Of a stretch of DNA of 64,000 nucleotides, positions 28,546 through 38,323 are shown piece by piece (within the stretch, counting starts at the first letter, position 1; each line of letters starts with the position of its first letter). The notes beneath the pieces were generated by a model. That model had not been told where the DNA came from. It saw only the letters and a program-made list of their open reading frames with translations, and did no database searches. This stretch comes from Candidatus Micrarchaeota archaeon (GTDB lineage: Archaea; Micrarchaeota; Micrarchaeia; Norongarragalinales; SBBD01), in NCBI GenBank assembly GCA_018819225.1, contig JAHJQN010000008.1, positions 128,001 through 192,000 of the forward strand. Direction: 5' to 3'. The position numbers and the translations under genes were made by a program.

Positions 28546-29349
28546 TCAAGAACGATGAAACACGAGCAAATCCTTCTGCTTCAAATCGAATTTTTCCGAG
28601 AAACTCGCCTGATTAATGGCGAGTTCCACGCGGCCGTAATCATCCTTCAACAGAACCGGCGATCCAACGAAAACGTCTCCAAACGTCTTACGGAACGGAA
28701 TCTTGATGGGAAGCTGGCCGGGTTGCTCCATCAATAGGTAATCGCCTTCCTTCACACCCCACTCATCCAAAACGGATGCAAGGAGGTTTAAGTGAATGGA
28801 ACCGAATTGGTTGACGTGGAGAATCCGGCAAGAAAGGGTATTTCCCTCCGGTTTCGCTTCCGGAAACGGGCAAGGAACCAGTTGATCAAGAGAAACAGGA
28901 GCTCCGAGCTCGGAAATGGAAACGCCTTTCACAAGATGAGCGGCTGCCGGAGAAAAAACGTCGCGACCGTGAAAAATCGGGGAAACGGGCTGGCGCGCGT
29001 ATTGGAGATTATCAATAGAGACCGCGCGTTCGAATCCTTGGAAAAAACGTATGGCGCTCATGAGAACCCCGTTATCGGGGCCAACAAGAAAATCGCCGCG
29101 CTTCGTTTCAATCGCTATTCCTTTGCGCTTCGTACCGACCCCTGGATCCACCACGCAAACGTGCGCGCCCTTTGGAAGAAAACAAGCGGTTTCCATGGTG
29201 CGAGCTGCACTCCATAAATTATAGGAAGGCAATCCGTGCATCAAATCAATGATGCGCGCGTCAGGACAGATCTCGAGAATCGAGCCCTTCATGGCGGCAA
29301 TGCCTTGCGTCTGAACACCGAAATCGGAGGCGAGACTGACGAGTTTCAT
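28546..29349 (-). CDS. SAM hydroxide adenosyltransferase / chlorinase-fluorinase family (DUF62)
   Basis: SDFG, VVDPGVGT.R, VGPDNG, S..FHGRDVFSPAAA, ELAIN. Confidence 0.92.
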   Translation of the reverse strand: MKLVSLASDFGVQTQGIAAMKGSILEICPDARIIDLMHGLPSYNLWSAARTMETACFLPKGAHVCVVDPGVGTKRKGIAIETKRGDFLVGPDNGVLMSAIRFFQGFERAVSIDNLQYARQPVSPIFHGRDVFSPAAAHLVKGVSISELGAPVSLDQLVPCPFPEAKPEGNTLSCRILHVNQFGSIHLNLLASVLDEWGVKEGDYLLMEQPGQLPIKIPFRKTFGDVFVGSPVLLKDDYGRVELAINQASFSEKFDLKQKDLLVFHRS

Positions 29350-29408
29350 GATCAAGTTGATAGAGGAGAATCATTAAAAGTGTATCTCGCGTTAGCCCAT
29401 CGGGATAT

Positions 29409-30611
29409 ATGAAGCATTGGGAAGTTTTCAAGTACTCGATAAAGAATTTGCGGCACCGCAATTTGAGGAGTTGGCTCACGATACTGGGAATCATTATCGG
29501 AATCGGAGCCATTGTCATTCTTATCTCGCTGGCGCAAGGCATTGACAAGGAAATCCGGTCTCAACTGGATCTCTTTGGATCGAATTACATTCAAGTGATT
29601 CCCGGCAGCATGGAAGGCATGACCAGCGGATCCTTCTCATTCAAGGGAGCGCTGTATGCCCGGGATGTCGATTCATTGAAAAGCGTGGCCGGAGTCAAAG
29701 GAGTATCCCCCATTCTGTTGCTCATGCTCGCGAATGTGCGGCATAAGGAGGGTACCGTCAAAATGACGGTCAGCGGAGTGGACCCGACGGTGATGAACGA
29801 TTTTCTGTACATGGGATTGGAAGACGGGCGGTACATGAAAGAAGGGGATGTGGAAGGCATTTTTATCGGGCACAAAATAGCACACGATATGTTTAAGGAT
29901 GACGTGAGAGTCGGCGACGTGCTCATGGTCAATGAAGAAAGCTTTCGCGTGCGCGGCATCATGAATGAAGCCGGTGATTTTACAGGGGATTTCGATAACG
30001 GAATCTACATTGATTCGCGGGCGGCACGCAACTTGTTAGGGGACGGATACGACCCGACACGCGTGTTCGCCATCATGATCGTAACCGAAGAAGGCAAGGA
30101 GGTGAGTGCCATCGCAAAAGAAGTCGACCGCGTGCTCATGAAATCGCATAAAGTCGGTGAAGACGAAAAAGATTATTCGGTCATTACGCCGGAAGCCACG
30201 GCGGAGCAAGTGGGAATGGTCACCGGACTGCTTTCATTATTTCTGGGAGGGATTGCCGCGATTTCGCTCATCGTCGGCGGGGTAGGAGTCGCGAACTCGA
30301 TGATTACGTCCGTGCTGGAACGAACGCGCGAAATCGGTACCTTGAAGGCGTTAGGGGCATCCAACCAGGCCATCCTGGAAGTGTTCATGATCGAAGCCGC
30401 GGTACTTGGATTCATTGGAGGCATCATGGGAATAGGATTCGCATTAACGGTTTCTTGGATTCTAGGCAATTTCGGGGTTCCGAGCGTGGTGACTCCGGAA
30501 CTGCTGGGATTCGCGCTGTTGTTCTCCATGGTTGTAGGCGTGATATCCGGATTCTTTCCCGCAAAAAATGCGAGCCGAATGGAAGCCGTGGACGCGCTGC
30601 GTTACGAATAG
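29409..30611 (+). CDS. ABC transporter permease, MacB/FtsX family
   Basis: RSWLTILGIIIG, ISLIVGGVGVANSM..SV.ERTREIG.LKALGA, PA..AS......ALRYE. Confidence 0.93.
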   Translation: MKHWEVFKYSIKNLRHRNLRSWLTILGIIIGIGAIVILISLAQGIDKEIRSQLDLFGSNYIQVIPGSMEGMTSGSFSFKGALYARDVDSLKSVAGVKGVSPILLLMLANVRHKEGTVKMTVSGVDPTVMNDFLYMGLEDGRYMKEGDVEGIFIGHKIAHDMFKDDVRVGDVLMVNEESFRVRGIMNEAGDFTGDFDNGIYIDSRAARNLLGDGYDPTRVFAIMIVTEEGKEVSAIAKEVDRVLMKSHKVGEDEKDYSVITPEATAEQVGMVTGLLSLFLGGIAAISLIVGGVGVANSMITSVLERTREIGTLKALGASNQAILEVFMIEAAVLGFIGGIMGIGFALTVSWILGNFGVPSVVTPELLGFALLFSMVVGVISGFFPAKNASRMEAVDALRYE

Positions 30612-30613
30612 TT

Positions 30614-30775
30614 TCAACGCGATTTGCAGGGAACGTAAACGCACAAGCTTTTCGAGTTACCGCATTGACGACACATTTTATCCATGGTGACGCCGCACGT
30701 GTGACACGCCCCGGAATGGCTGGCCCTTCGCCCGCACCGAGAACACGCATAAACCGATTCCTTCAATGTTAACAC
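30614..30775 (-). CDS. Small zinc-finger protein (53 aa, 8 Cys), not in the ORF track
   Basis: GTG-start ORF (M)LTLKESVYACSRCGRRASHSGACHTCGVTMDKMCRQCGNSKSLCVYVPCKSR has three CxxCG knuckles and exactly fills the intergenic gap. Confidence 0.7.
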   Translation of the reverse strand: MLTLKESVYACSRCGRRASHSGACHTCGVTMDKMCRQCGNSKSLCVYVPCKSR

Positions 30776-30820
30776 CGTAAACTTCCATCCCTATCCGATA
30801 ATAATAACGTTTGGTACAAG

Positions 30821-31663
30821 CTACGTTCCGTGCAACGACAAGGCATGACGAACAATCGCGTCCGCGGGATTGATGCCCGTCGCGGAATACAATCCACGGA
30901 AATCCGGCATGGTGTTGACTTCAATCACGTTGAACCCTTCCTTTTTCGTTAACGCTATGTCGACTCCTGCAATTTCAAGCCCCAACACTTCAGCGGCTTT
31001 CACCGCCATTTTCTTGACGTCAGGAGGCAAATCGACTTTCTTGACCAAACCCCCCGTCGATACGTTGGTACGCCATTCTCCTAAAGGGGCTTGACGTAAC
31101 ACCGTGGCAAGAACTTTTCCGTCGAGAACGAATATTCGATAATCCTTACCGCCCGTATTCAAATATTCTTGCACGACAAACGGCTTGGGAACCGCATCTA
31201 AATAGGCCAGCTCCATCTCGAGATTCTTCATGAGATGAACGTCTTGACCATACGAACCGATCACTGGCTTCAACACGACCGGCGTCCCGATTTGGGCCAC
31301 GGCCTTCGAAGCCGATTCAAAGGAGTACACTAAAGAGGTCCGCGGAACCGGAATGCCTGCTTCCTTCAAACGAATCAATGATTCAAACTTGTTCCCCCCT
31401 AACTCGACACTCTTCGAGTTGTTGATCATGCGGATGCCCAAGTGCTCGAAATAGCGGCTGGAATAGATTTCGAAAGAGGAGGCGCGGGCCATGCGAAACA
31501 ATCCCACGGAAAACGAGAACGGCTTTTTCTCGATGTCCAACGAATGCTTTCGAATGTCCACGATTTCTGTGGAAACTCCGCTGTGCTCCGCTGCCTGTTG
31601 CAACGCACTCGTCTCCCACTTGTTGATGGTGATGCTGTCTACTACGATACCCAATTGCGCCAT
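30821..31663 (-). CDS. RimK/LysX-family ATP-grasp amino-acid ligase
   Basis: NKF....L...GIPVP.T, VLKP..GSYG, VQEYL, DYRIFV, WRTN...GG, GVDI, EVN. Confidence 0.9.
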   Translation of the reverse strand: MAQLGIVVDSITINKWETSALQQAAEHSGVSTEIVDIRKHSLDIEKKPFSFSVGLFRMARASSFEIYSSRYFEHLGIRMINNSKSVELGGNKFESLIRLKEAGIPVPRTSLVYSFESASKAVAQIGTPVVLKPVIGSYGQDVHLMKNLEMELAYLDAVPKPFVVQEYLNTGGKDYRIFVLDGKVLATVLRQAPLGEWRTNVSTGGLVKKVDLPPDVKKMAVKAAEVLGLEIAGVDIALTKKEGFNVIEVNTMPDFRGLYSATGINPADAIVRHALSLHGT

Positions 31664-31731
31664 GCTTGCCCCCTCTATTCTACAGGATAACCCCAAAATC
31701 TTTAATAAGCCAATTGGTCCGGAGCCGAAAG

Positions 31732-31804
31732 TGCGGCTGCCGGGATTTGAACCCGGGCCCTGAGATTGGCAACCTCATGTCCTACCAGGCTAGACTACAG
31801 CCGC
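31732..31804 (-). tRNA. tRNA-Gly(GCC), intron-less
   Basis: Reverse complement GCGGCTGTAGTCTAGCCTGGTAGGACATGAGG-TTGCCAA-TCTCAGGGCCCGGGTTCAAATCCCGGCAGCCGCA folds as a cloverleaf. Confidence 0.95.
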
Positions 31805-31998
31805 TTAATACCGGAAGGTACGTTGAACATCAAAGAATAAAACCGTTTCTTTTGAAGGAGCTATTCTTCGCAAAGAAAAGGTCCCTGAGCCCACAGCCGC
31901 TTGAAAGAGTCAGTAAAAGGACGGAAAACGAATAGGGCGAAGAAGGATTATAAATCATTTCCTTCAAGCAGAGCGAGAAAGGGACGCCAGGCGATGAA

Positions 31999-33660
31999 TT
32001 AACGCTGCACGTTGATGTGAATAACGCGGGACATGATGAATAGGAAAATCAGGAATAATAGAATCCCTAACGCAACGAGAATCATGTCGCGAGGAAATGG
32101 GATGCCGGACAAATCGTCCTCAAACACTTCGGGGGTAGGCGCGGGTTCCTCGAACGCGACGACAAGGGCTTGAGAAAATTCATGAGAAGGAATGCGAATG
32201 GAAACCGACGCACGCAATTCTTTCGCCGTGCCCACGTATAAAGAGAACGGCACGTCTTGAACTTCCCCGGTACGCAAACGCAACGAACGCGTTTCATTAA
32301 AACCCGGAGCCGTTAAAGAGACGTTGACATCGGGAAGCGGCTGGTTGCCGGTATTCTTGATTAAAATGGAGAGATTCATTACGCCGCCATTCTTATCCGT
32401 TGAAACCGAAAGAATTTCAACGCGTTCCTCTTGCGTGCGTTCACCGCCTTTGGACGCGTTCAACATTTTAACGACGCGCTGGCCCAAACTAATGACTTCG
32501 ATGGGGAACGTGTAAACGTAACCTTCATCCAATTGAGGCACCAATACCTTCCATCCCACGGTGCGTTCTTCATAGGGTTGCAGAAACAAGAGCTTATCGT
32601 GATTGTATTCATCGGGACCGAGTACGTCGAGCTCGGAAGGCACGTTCAGCGTCAAAGGAACCGCCAAACGCCTATCGCGATTTCGAACGGTCAGCCAAAC
32701 GGTTTCCAATGAATGGGATCCGACGCGTTTGTCCGTGACATCCAGCTCCATATCGAAATACTTCGGAAAGGGCTGGGTGTCCGTGAATTCAACATTAAAG
32801 GAACGCGTCAACTTGATTTGGCCCACGTCCGCATTGAAACTGCGAATGAGAATGTCTTCCTTGATGTCCTGCTGATCCAACCCTTCCCCGAACTTGATGT
32901 GCGTCGCGTCCAATAACATGGCTTCATTGAACGTGGGATCCACCGGAATCCACTCGTCCTCAATTAACGCCTCGACGAACGCATGCGCCCCCCAATCCGT
33001 CCCGCTATACACAAAAGCGGCTGAAAATTTTGCGGGAATGCCTACGGAACGCAGCATGGCAATCAACAAATGAGAAAATTCGTCGCACGTGCCCACGCGG
33101 TCGCGAAACACCTCCTCCGCATCATTCGTGACGGAAATGAGTGCCGTATCGTAGGCGAGATTGTTATGCACCCACAAACTCAATACGATCAATCGATTCC
33201 AGTCCGTTGTTTCATCGTGCGTCAACTGTCGGGCCATCTCTCGGATCTCGGGCGTCAATCGAATGTAAGGACTTTCCTGCAAATAGTACTCGGCTTCCGC
33301 CGGTAATGCCCGCTTGAATTCCAACGGAAAACCCACATGGACTTGGGACACCATGCCAAAGGTTTGGAAGGGCTTGCCGGGATCCAAGGTAAACAAGCGA
33401 ATCTTATTCCCATAATCATCCGTTTCAAACGAAGTAAAGAGCGACGTTTCTTCCGATAAGACCCGTTGAGAAGGATAATCCTTGAAACCGAAACTCTTGA
33501 TGCTGAGCTCGCTGACTTGCTGCGAACCCAAGTCAACCGACCAATTTAAGGTCACAATGGCGGTCGCACTCCCAATCATCTTCGGCTGCAGATCCACGTC
33601 CTCCGCATGAAGACCGGAAAGGAATAGAAGAAAGATAACGAGGAAGATCGCGTGCCTCAT
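31999..33660 (-). CDS. Secreted transglutaminase-like protein with Ig-like domains and C-terminal TM
   Basis: Signal peptide, GTCDEFS.L.IAMLRS.GIPA, HAF.E and W.PVDPT (Cys-His-Asp triad), TM anchor. Confidence 0.87.
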   Translation of the reverse strand: MRHAIFLVIFLLFLSGLHAEDVDLQPKMIGSATAIVTLNWSVDLGSQQVSELSIKSFGFKDYPSQRVLSEETSLFTSFETDDYGNKIRLFTLDPGKPFQTFGMVSQVHVGFPLEFKRALPAEAEYYLQESPYIRLTPEIREMARQLTHDETTDWNRLIVLSLWVHNNLAYDTALISVTNDAEEVFRDRVGTCDEFSHLLIAMLRSVGIPAKFSAAFVYSGTDWGAHAFVEALIEDEWIPVDPTFNEAMLLDATHIKFGEGLDQQDIKEDILIRSFNADVGQIKLTRSFNVEFTDTQPFPKYFDMELDVTDKRVGSHSLETVWLTVRNRDRRLAVPLTLNVPSELDVLGPDEYNHDKLLFLQPYEERTVGWKVLVPQLDEGYVYTFPIEVISLGQRVVKMLNASKGGERTQEERVEILSVSTDKNGGVMNLSILIKNTGNQPLPDVNVSLTAPGFNETRSLRLRTGEVQDVPFSLYVGTAKELRASVSIRIPSHEFSQALVVAFEEPAPTPEVFEDDLSGIPFPRDMILVALGILLFLIFLFIMSRVIHINVQR

Positions 33661-33711
33661 GTCAATAGAACGCCAGCCGCGTTTAAATGCTTTAGGTCAA
33701 ACGAAACCCGA

Positions 33712-34971
33712 TCAACGGATCCAACTAAAACGCACTCCAGAAAGCGCTTCCTCGATCTGAAGCAAACGATTATATTTAGAGGTGCGTTCCCCGCGGCAAG
33801 GCGCCCCCAACTTGATTTGCTTGCAATCCATGGCCACGGCAAGATCCGCAATGAACGCATCCTCGGTTTCACCCGAACGATGGGACACCATGACGCCCCA
33901 CTTATGGTTGACCGCGAGTCGAGCCGCCTCAAAACTCTCGCTCAACGTACCGATCTGATTGACCTTCAATAGAAGGCAGTTCCCCGCGTTTTTCTCCACC
34001 GCGGTTTTCAGGCGCGCCGTATTCGTTACCGTCAAATCATCCGCCACCACTTGCACGTTGGAAAAGCGTTTCGTTAACGTGGCATACGCCTCGAAATCCT
34101 CTTCATGAAATGGGTCTTCCAACGAAAGCAAGGAATAGTTGTTGATGAGGTCCGCATAATAATCCGTCAATTCGCCCGTCGAAAGCGATCGGCCGTCCAT
34201 TGAATACGATCCGTCCATGTAAAAAGAGGAAGCCGCTGCATCCATGGCCAGACGCACGTGCTTGGAATAACCGAGCTCGTTAATCGCCGTGACTATGGCA
34301 TTCAACGCCTCCGCGGTTTTTGTAAACGGCGGCGCGAACCCCCCTTCGTCTCCGACGTTGATGCTCGAAGAGCCCATGCGATTCTTCAACTGTTTTTTCA
34401 GCGTCGAATACACTTCGGCCACCATACGCGTGGCCTCCGCCCCATTCTTGGCGCCGACCGGCGCGATCATGAACTCCTGAATACTCAAAGCATTCCCCGC
34501 ATGCTTCCCGCCATTCAACAAATTCGCGAACGGCACCGGAATGGATAAAGACGGCGAACCATACAACTCCTGCAAGTAAACGTATAACGGGTGGTTCTCA
34601 CTCGCAGCCGACGCACGCGCTGAAGCCAACGAAATCCCGAGAATCGCGTTCGCCCCCAATTTCTTTTTCGTGGGCGTCCCATCCAATTCAACGAGAAACG
34701 CGTCCAGCTCCCTCTGATTACCGGCTTCCCGCCCCACCAGCTTCGGAGCCATGACTTTCCGAATGTTCGTGACCGCATTCAATACCCCGCGGCCCAAAAA
34801 CCGTTTGCCGCCATCACGCAATTCAACGGCTTCATGGATTCCCGTGGACGCACCGCTCGGCACCATCGCCGAACCCCGACTGCCATCCTCCAGCAACACC
34901 GTACAGTCGAGCGTGGGACTGCCACGCGAATCCAAGACCTCTCGTGCGGATACTTCGGAAATGTTTGCCAT
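33712..34971 (-). CDS. eno: Enolase
   Basis: REVLDSRG.PT, PSGASTG.HEA.ELRD, GDEGGFAP, LLKVNQIGT, SHRSGET. Confidence 0.98.
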   Translation of the reverse strand: MANISEVSAREVLDSRGSPTLDCTVLLEDGSRGSAMVPSGASTGIHEAVELRDGGKRFLGRGVLNAVTNIRKVMAPKLVGREAGNQRELDAFLVELDGTPTKKKLGANAILGISLASARASAASENHPLYVYLQELYGSPSLSIPVPFANLLNGGKHAGNALSIQEFMIAPVGAKNGAEATRMVAEVYSTLKKQLKNRMGSSSINVGDEGGFAPPFTKTAEALNAIVTAINELGYSKHVRLAMDAAASSFYMDGSYSMDGRSLSTGELTDYYADLINNYSLLSLEDPFHEEDFEAYATLTKRFSNVQVVADDLTVTNTARLKTAVEKNAGNCLLLKVNQIGTLSESFEAARLAVNHKWGVMVSHRSGETEDAFIADLAVAMDCKQIKLGAPCRGERTSKYNRLLQIEEALSGVRFSWIR

Positions 34972-35027
34972 AGCCGCTTACCTGAAACGGGTTTAGAAGT
35001 CAAACGTTTTAAATCCTGGTTACGGCG

Positions 35028-35594
35028 CTACTCGGAAGCGATAAAGCGCGACAAGTCAATGGGATGCGTGAACTCGAACCAAAATTCCGAGGGGGTCCAG
35101 CCTAAAAACGACGGAAAATAGAATAAGGCGACAAAAAAGAACGCGAACCCGACCATCACGCCGTAATTAAACCACTTTTTTTCCGGCGGATCCGGCTCAT
35201 GATACAAATCCGAGCGCATGCTCATCGCGAAACCAAACGGAGATCGCATCACCGCAAACTTACTGTACCGCAAGAAAATGTAACCGAAAACCGTCGCCAC
35301 GAAAAAATTGAAGAAGGACGCGAGACGGAAAAAAAGCAGTGACCCCAAGAAACCTCCCAGAAAAATAAGGCCGTCATACATGCTTTTACGAGCCACCTCC
35401 TCCGCGCTTTGACGCAACGACTTGCCGTGCTTCGCCAACGCCCACACATAGTTCGCAGAACGCTCGTCATACCCGTTCGCGACCAACCACATCTTGCAGT
35501 ACATGTAATCCTTGCCCGAATGCTGCAGGTTGCGGATCTCCTGAACGCGTCGTTTCAAACCCTCAGACGGCTCGTCTTCCATACCATTCACCAA
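35028..35594 (-). CDS. Hypothetical membrane protein
   Basis: ORF with 3 hydrophobic segments and an AGAGGT SD. Confidence 0.6.
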   Translation of the reverse strand: MVNGMEDEPSEGLKRRVQEIRNLQHSGKDYMYCKMWLVANGYDERSANYVWALAKHGKSLRQSAEEVARKSMYDGLIFLGGFLGSLLFFRLASFFNFFVATVFGYIFLRYSKFAVMRSPFGFAMSMRSDLYHEPDPPEKKWFNYGVMVGFAFFFVALFYFPSFLGWTPSEFWFEFTHPIDLSRFIASE

Positions 35595-35670
35595 TACCTC
35601 TTACCTTAAAAAAATAAGCGGAAAGCCCGCAGCACACGGTTTAAAAAAACGCGGGAAGTGCAAACCATTC

Positions 35671-36975
35671 ATGATCGTCGAACAACCGCATATGCTGCAG
35701 CGCCCGCGATTTCCTCCATTATTCAAAGGATCGGAAGCGGCCACCGTAATTCAAGCGCAGAAACAATGGATTGCAGGAGCCCCCCGAACAGGATTCTGCC
35801 CCATTTGCCGTAGTCGGGGGTGCGCGCACCTTGAAAAACTCCAGCTTCAAATCCAATTGAAGCAAAAAAAGAAATTAACCCGAGACGTATTTGGGGCGTC
35901 GCCACCGAACGCGTTCATTGGCACTCACGGTTACCCGTTCGTCAACATCGGGCCATTAGTCGGAATCGACGACAGCGTGGATTCAAAGACATTCGATCAT
36001 CCCGCGGACTGGTACGGTAAAACCGTGAACGAAATCGTCGAGTTCCGCAGCATGCTCGCCCGCGGGAAAAAAATGCATTCAGTAAAACAAGAAAGCCGCA
36101 CGCTCTCGGAATTGCAGGATGTCGTGCTATCCAGCCAAACCATCGATCTGGAAGTGAGATTCCGGAAAGAGTTAAGCTTCAGCGTCGCGTTGTCCCCCGT
36201 CACCCAGCCCATGGGACCGTCCGCCGAAATGGAGCGCATGCGGCTGGCGGGCAACCCAACGATTCCGAGAAAAGTGGATAGCCTGCTCGAAGAGAACCTG
36301 AAGACGCGCGATGCCGTCGACGAACTCATGAAACGGAATTACGACGTGTATTACTTGCAGAAATTATTGTCGATAGGCGTGTTCGGACAAAGACAGCGGA
36401 AGCGGCTCGTGCCCACGCGATGGAGCATCACCGCCACGGACAAGATGACGGCCGATCATTACATTGACGAAATCAAAACGCTCCCGTGGCTGCCTGAAAT
36501 TCGCGTGTACAGCAATGAATACCTCTTCAACCGATTCGATATCCTATTAATTCCCGGTCCGTGGGAATTCGAACAATTCGAGGCATGGCAGAAAGGAAGC
36601 GCGTGGTCCGCTGGAGGAAAAGAAGAATGGGGATTCGTATCGGAATACGAACCCTATAAGGGGAGAAGCGATTACGCCGAAAAAGAAGCCGGAGGATATT
36701 ACGCGGGGCGATTCGGCGCGGCGGAAGCGCTCGCTAAACAGCTGCGAAAGCAGGCGAAAGTCGTGGTGTTCAGGGAAATCGGAAAGGAGTATAACATGCC
36801 CGTCGGGGTTTGGGCTGTTCGTCAAACAGTAAGAGAAGCCTTCAAAAAACCACCATATAAATTCGCTACCCGAAATGAAGCCGAAGAGTTCCTGAAAAAC
36901 AGATTAAAGGTAAGTATGCGGGATTATGCTAAAGGCAGTCGCGTGCTTCCTCAAAGAAAATTGACCGAATACTAA
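35671..36975 (+). CDS. nreA: DNA repair protein Nre
   Basis: CPIC Zn site, G.SPP..F.G..GYP.V..GP, LVPTRWSITA.D, GGYYA.R, PVGVW.VR and C-terminal PIP box QRKLTEY. Confidence 0.9.
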   Translation: MIVEQPHMLQRPRFPPLFKGSEAATVIQAQKQWIAGAPRTGFCPICRSRGCAHLEKLQLQIQLKQKKKLTRDVFGASPPNAFIGTHGYPFVNIGPLVGIDDSVDSKTFDHPADWYGKTVNEIVEFRSMLARGKKMHSVKQESRTLSELQDVVLSSQTIDLEVRFRKELSFSVALSPVTQPMGPSAEMERMRLAGNPTIPRKVDSLLEENLKTRDAVDELMKRNYDVYYLQKLLSIGVFGQRQRKRLVPTRWSITATDKMTADHYIDEIKTLPWLPEIRVYSNEYLFNRFDILLIPGPWEFEQFEAWQKGSAWSAGGKEEWGFVSEYEPYKGRSDYAEKEAGGYYAGRFGAAEALAKQLRKQAKVVVFREIGKEYNMPVGVWAVRQTVREAFKKPPYKFATRNEAEEFLKNRLKVSMRDYAKGSRVLPQRKLTEY

Positions 36976-37053
36976 ATGGACTTAAAAGAAAAGCCAACCA
37001 CTGGAACACGAGGGTCGAACAAGCTACTTAGTTATTCACACCGAAAATAGGTT

Positions 37054-38244
37054 ATGGATTACTTTCATTTCTGGGATTTGCCACCCGATTCTTACATTAT
37101 TTTAACAGAACCATGCCAAAAGCAACTTCTCTTAAAATCAATTGACAAAACGAAAACGTTAAGACAGTTATCAATAATATTACGGGAAAAAGCGCGGGTA
37201 TACCGTATCCGGGCAATGGTTAGTTTTCCCGTGATAACAAATTGGAAAACATGTAAACGAAGAAAAATTCCAGTTTGGGTAATAATCGAACTAAGTAGGT
37301 TATTGGATATCAGTCCGGACCATATTGAAACAAAAATTATCGGATACGGAAATGCGGGGAGGAGCTTATTCATTACCGGAAATTTTCCCATAAAAATTTC
37401 TCCAGAATTCGACTCCGTCGTTTCGAATTTTATGGGAGACGGAAGTTTTGGAAATATTAAAAGCCTGCCTAACTACAAACAAAAAAATGAGCTCGGTAGA
37501 CGAATTTTTTTAACCAAACTTTATAACGTATTTGGAAAATTTTGTAAAAATGATCTCGCGTATGATACCTATTGGCAGGTTAGAATTCCTAAAATCATTG
37601 GAGAAATCATAAAAAAGTATTATCAAATCAGTCCAACGGATAGTTTGAACAGAAGACTGCCCAATCAAATGAAGAACAAATCAAGAAATTTCAAAATAGC
37701 CATTTTAGCATCATTTATTGTTGACGAAGGCCATATCGGAGACTCCATAGAAATCTATTCGGGGAATAAAGCGTTACTTCAAGATTATCTCGAGATAGCG
37801 GAAAGCCTCGAGTATAGATGTACTGAAATAAAAAAGAAAAAAGGGCACTTGACACCGCGACCCTCATACCGATTTCGAATTTCTGCAAGAAGTAGTAAAA
37901 AAATTCTTGCTGATCTCGAAGAACTTAAACAGGAATATCCAAATTGTAGTTTGGCTCACAAACAGAAGCAGTTAGAACAAATCGTTAGAAAACAGGAAAT
38001 TCAATTTAAACGCTGTCAATCAAGAAAGCAGGATATATTGAAATTATTGGACCACGAAGTGAATACGATCAACAAGCTTAAAGAGATCCTTCCGATAACC
38101 GGCACCACTATTTCGGAACACCTCAGAGAGCTTGAAAATAAGGGATTAATCGAAAGAGTCGGAAAAGTGAAAGATGCCGATATTTGGAAGCGAATGATCT
38201 CAATGGCACCCAACATGCAAGGAAAGCATAGTCCAATACGGTAA
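37054..38244 (+). mobile_element. Free-standing LAGLIDADG-type endonuclease-like protein with C-terminal winged HTH (low GC)
   Basis: Two LAGLIDADG-like motifs (VVSNFMGDGS and ILASFIVDEG), YRFRIS, L.HK..QLE and an HTH (TISEHLRELE.KGLI). Sampled lines are about 27-35% GC versus about 57-60% in the body of nre. Confidence 0.72.
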
Positions 38245-38323
38245 TTGGATACTCCGATTTCTAGGAAAGCAAAAGCCTTATTAAAACGAGCGCGGCAAAG
38301 AGCACTAGAGGAGAAAGCCTGGA

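Noticed and set aside
28546-29349. True fluorinase or chlorinase
   Set aside because: It has the FHGRD motif typical of hydroxide adenosyltransferases (DUF62), and there is no biosynthetic cluster context.
30614-30775. LysW carrier protein
   Set aside because: No C-terminal EDWGE, basic rather than acidic, and no lys/arg operon nearby.
37054-38244. The endonuclease as the missing middle of the Lon intein, or itself an intein
   Set aside because: It is 20 kb away, differs in composition, and has no splicing blocks or C-terminal HN. No evidence links the two.
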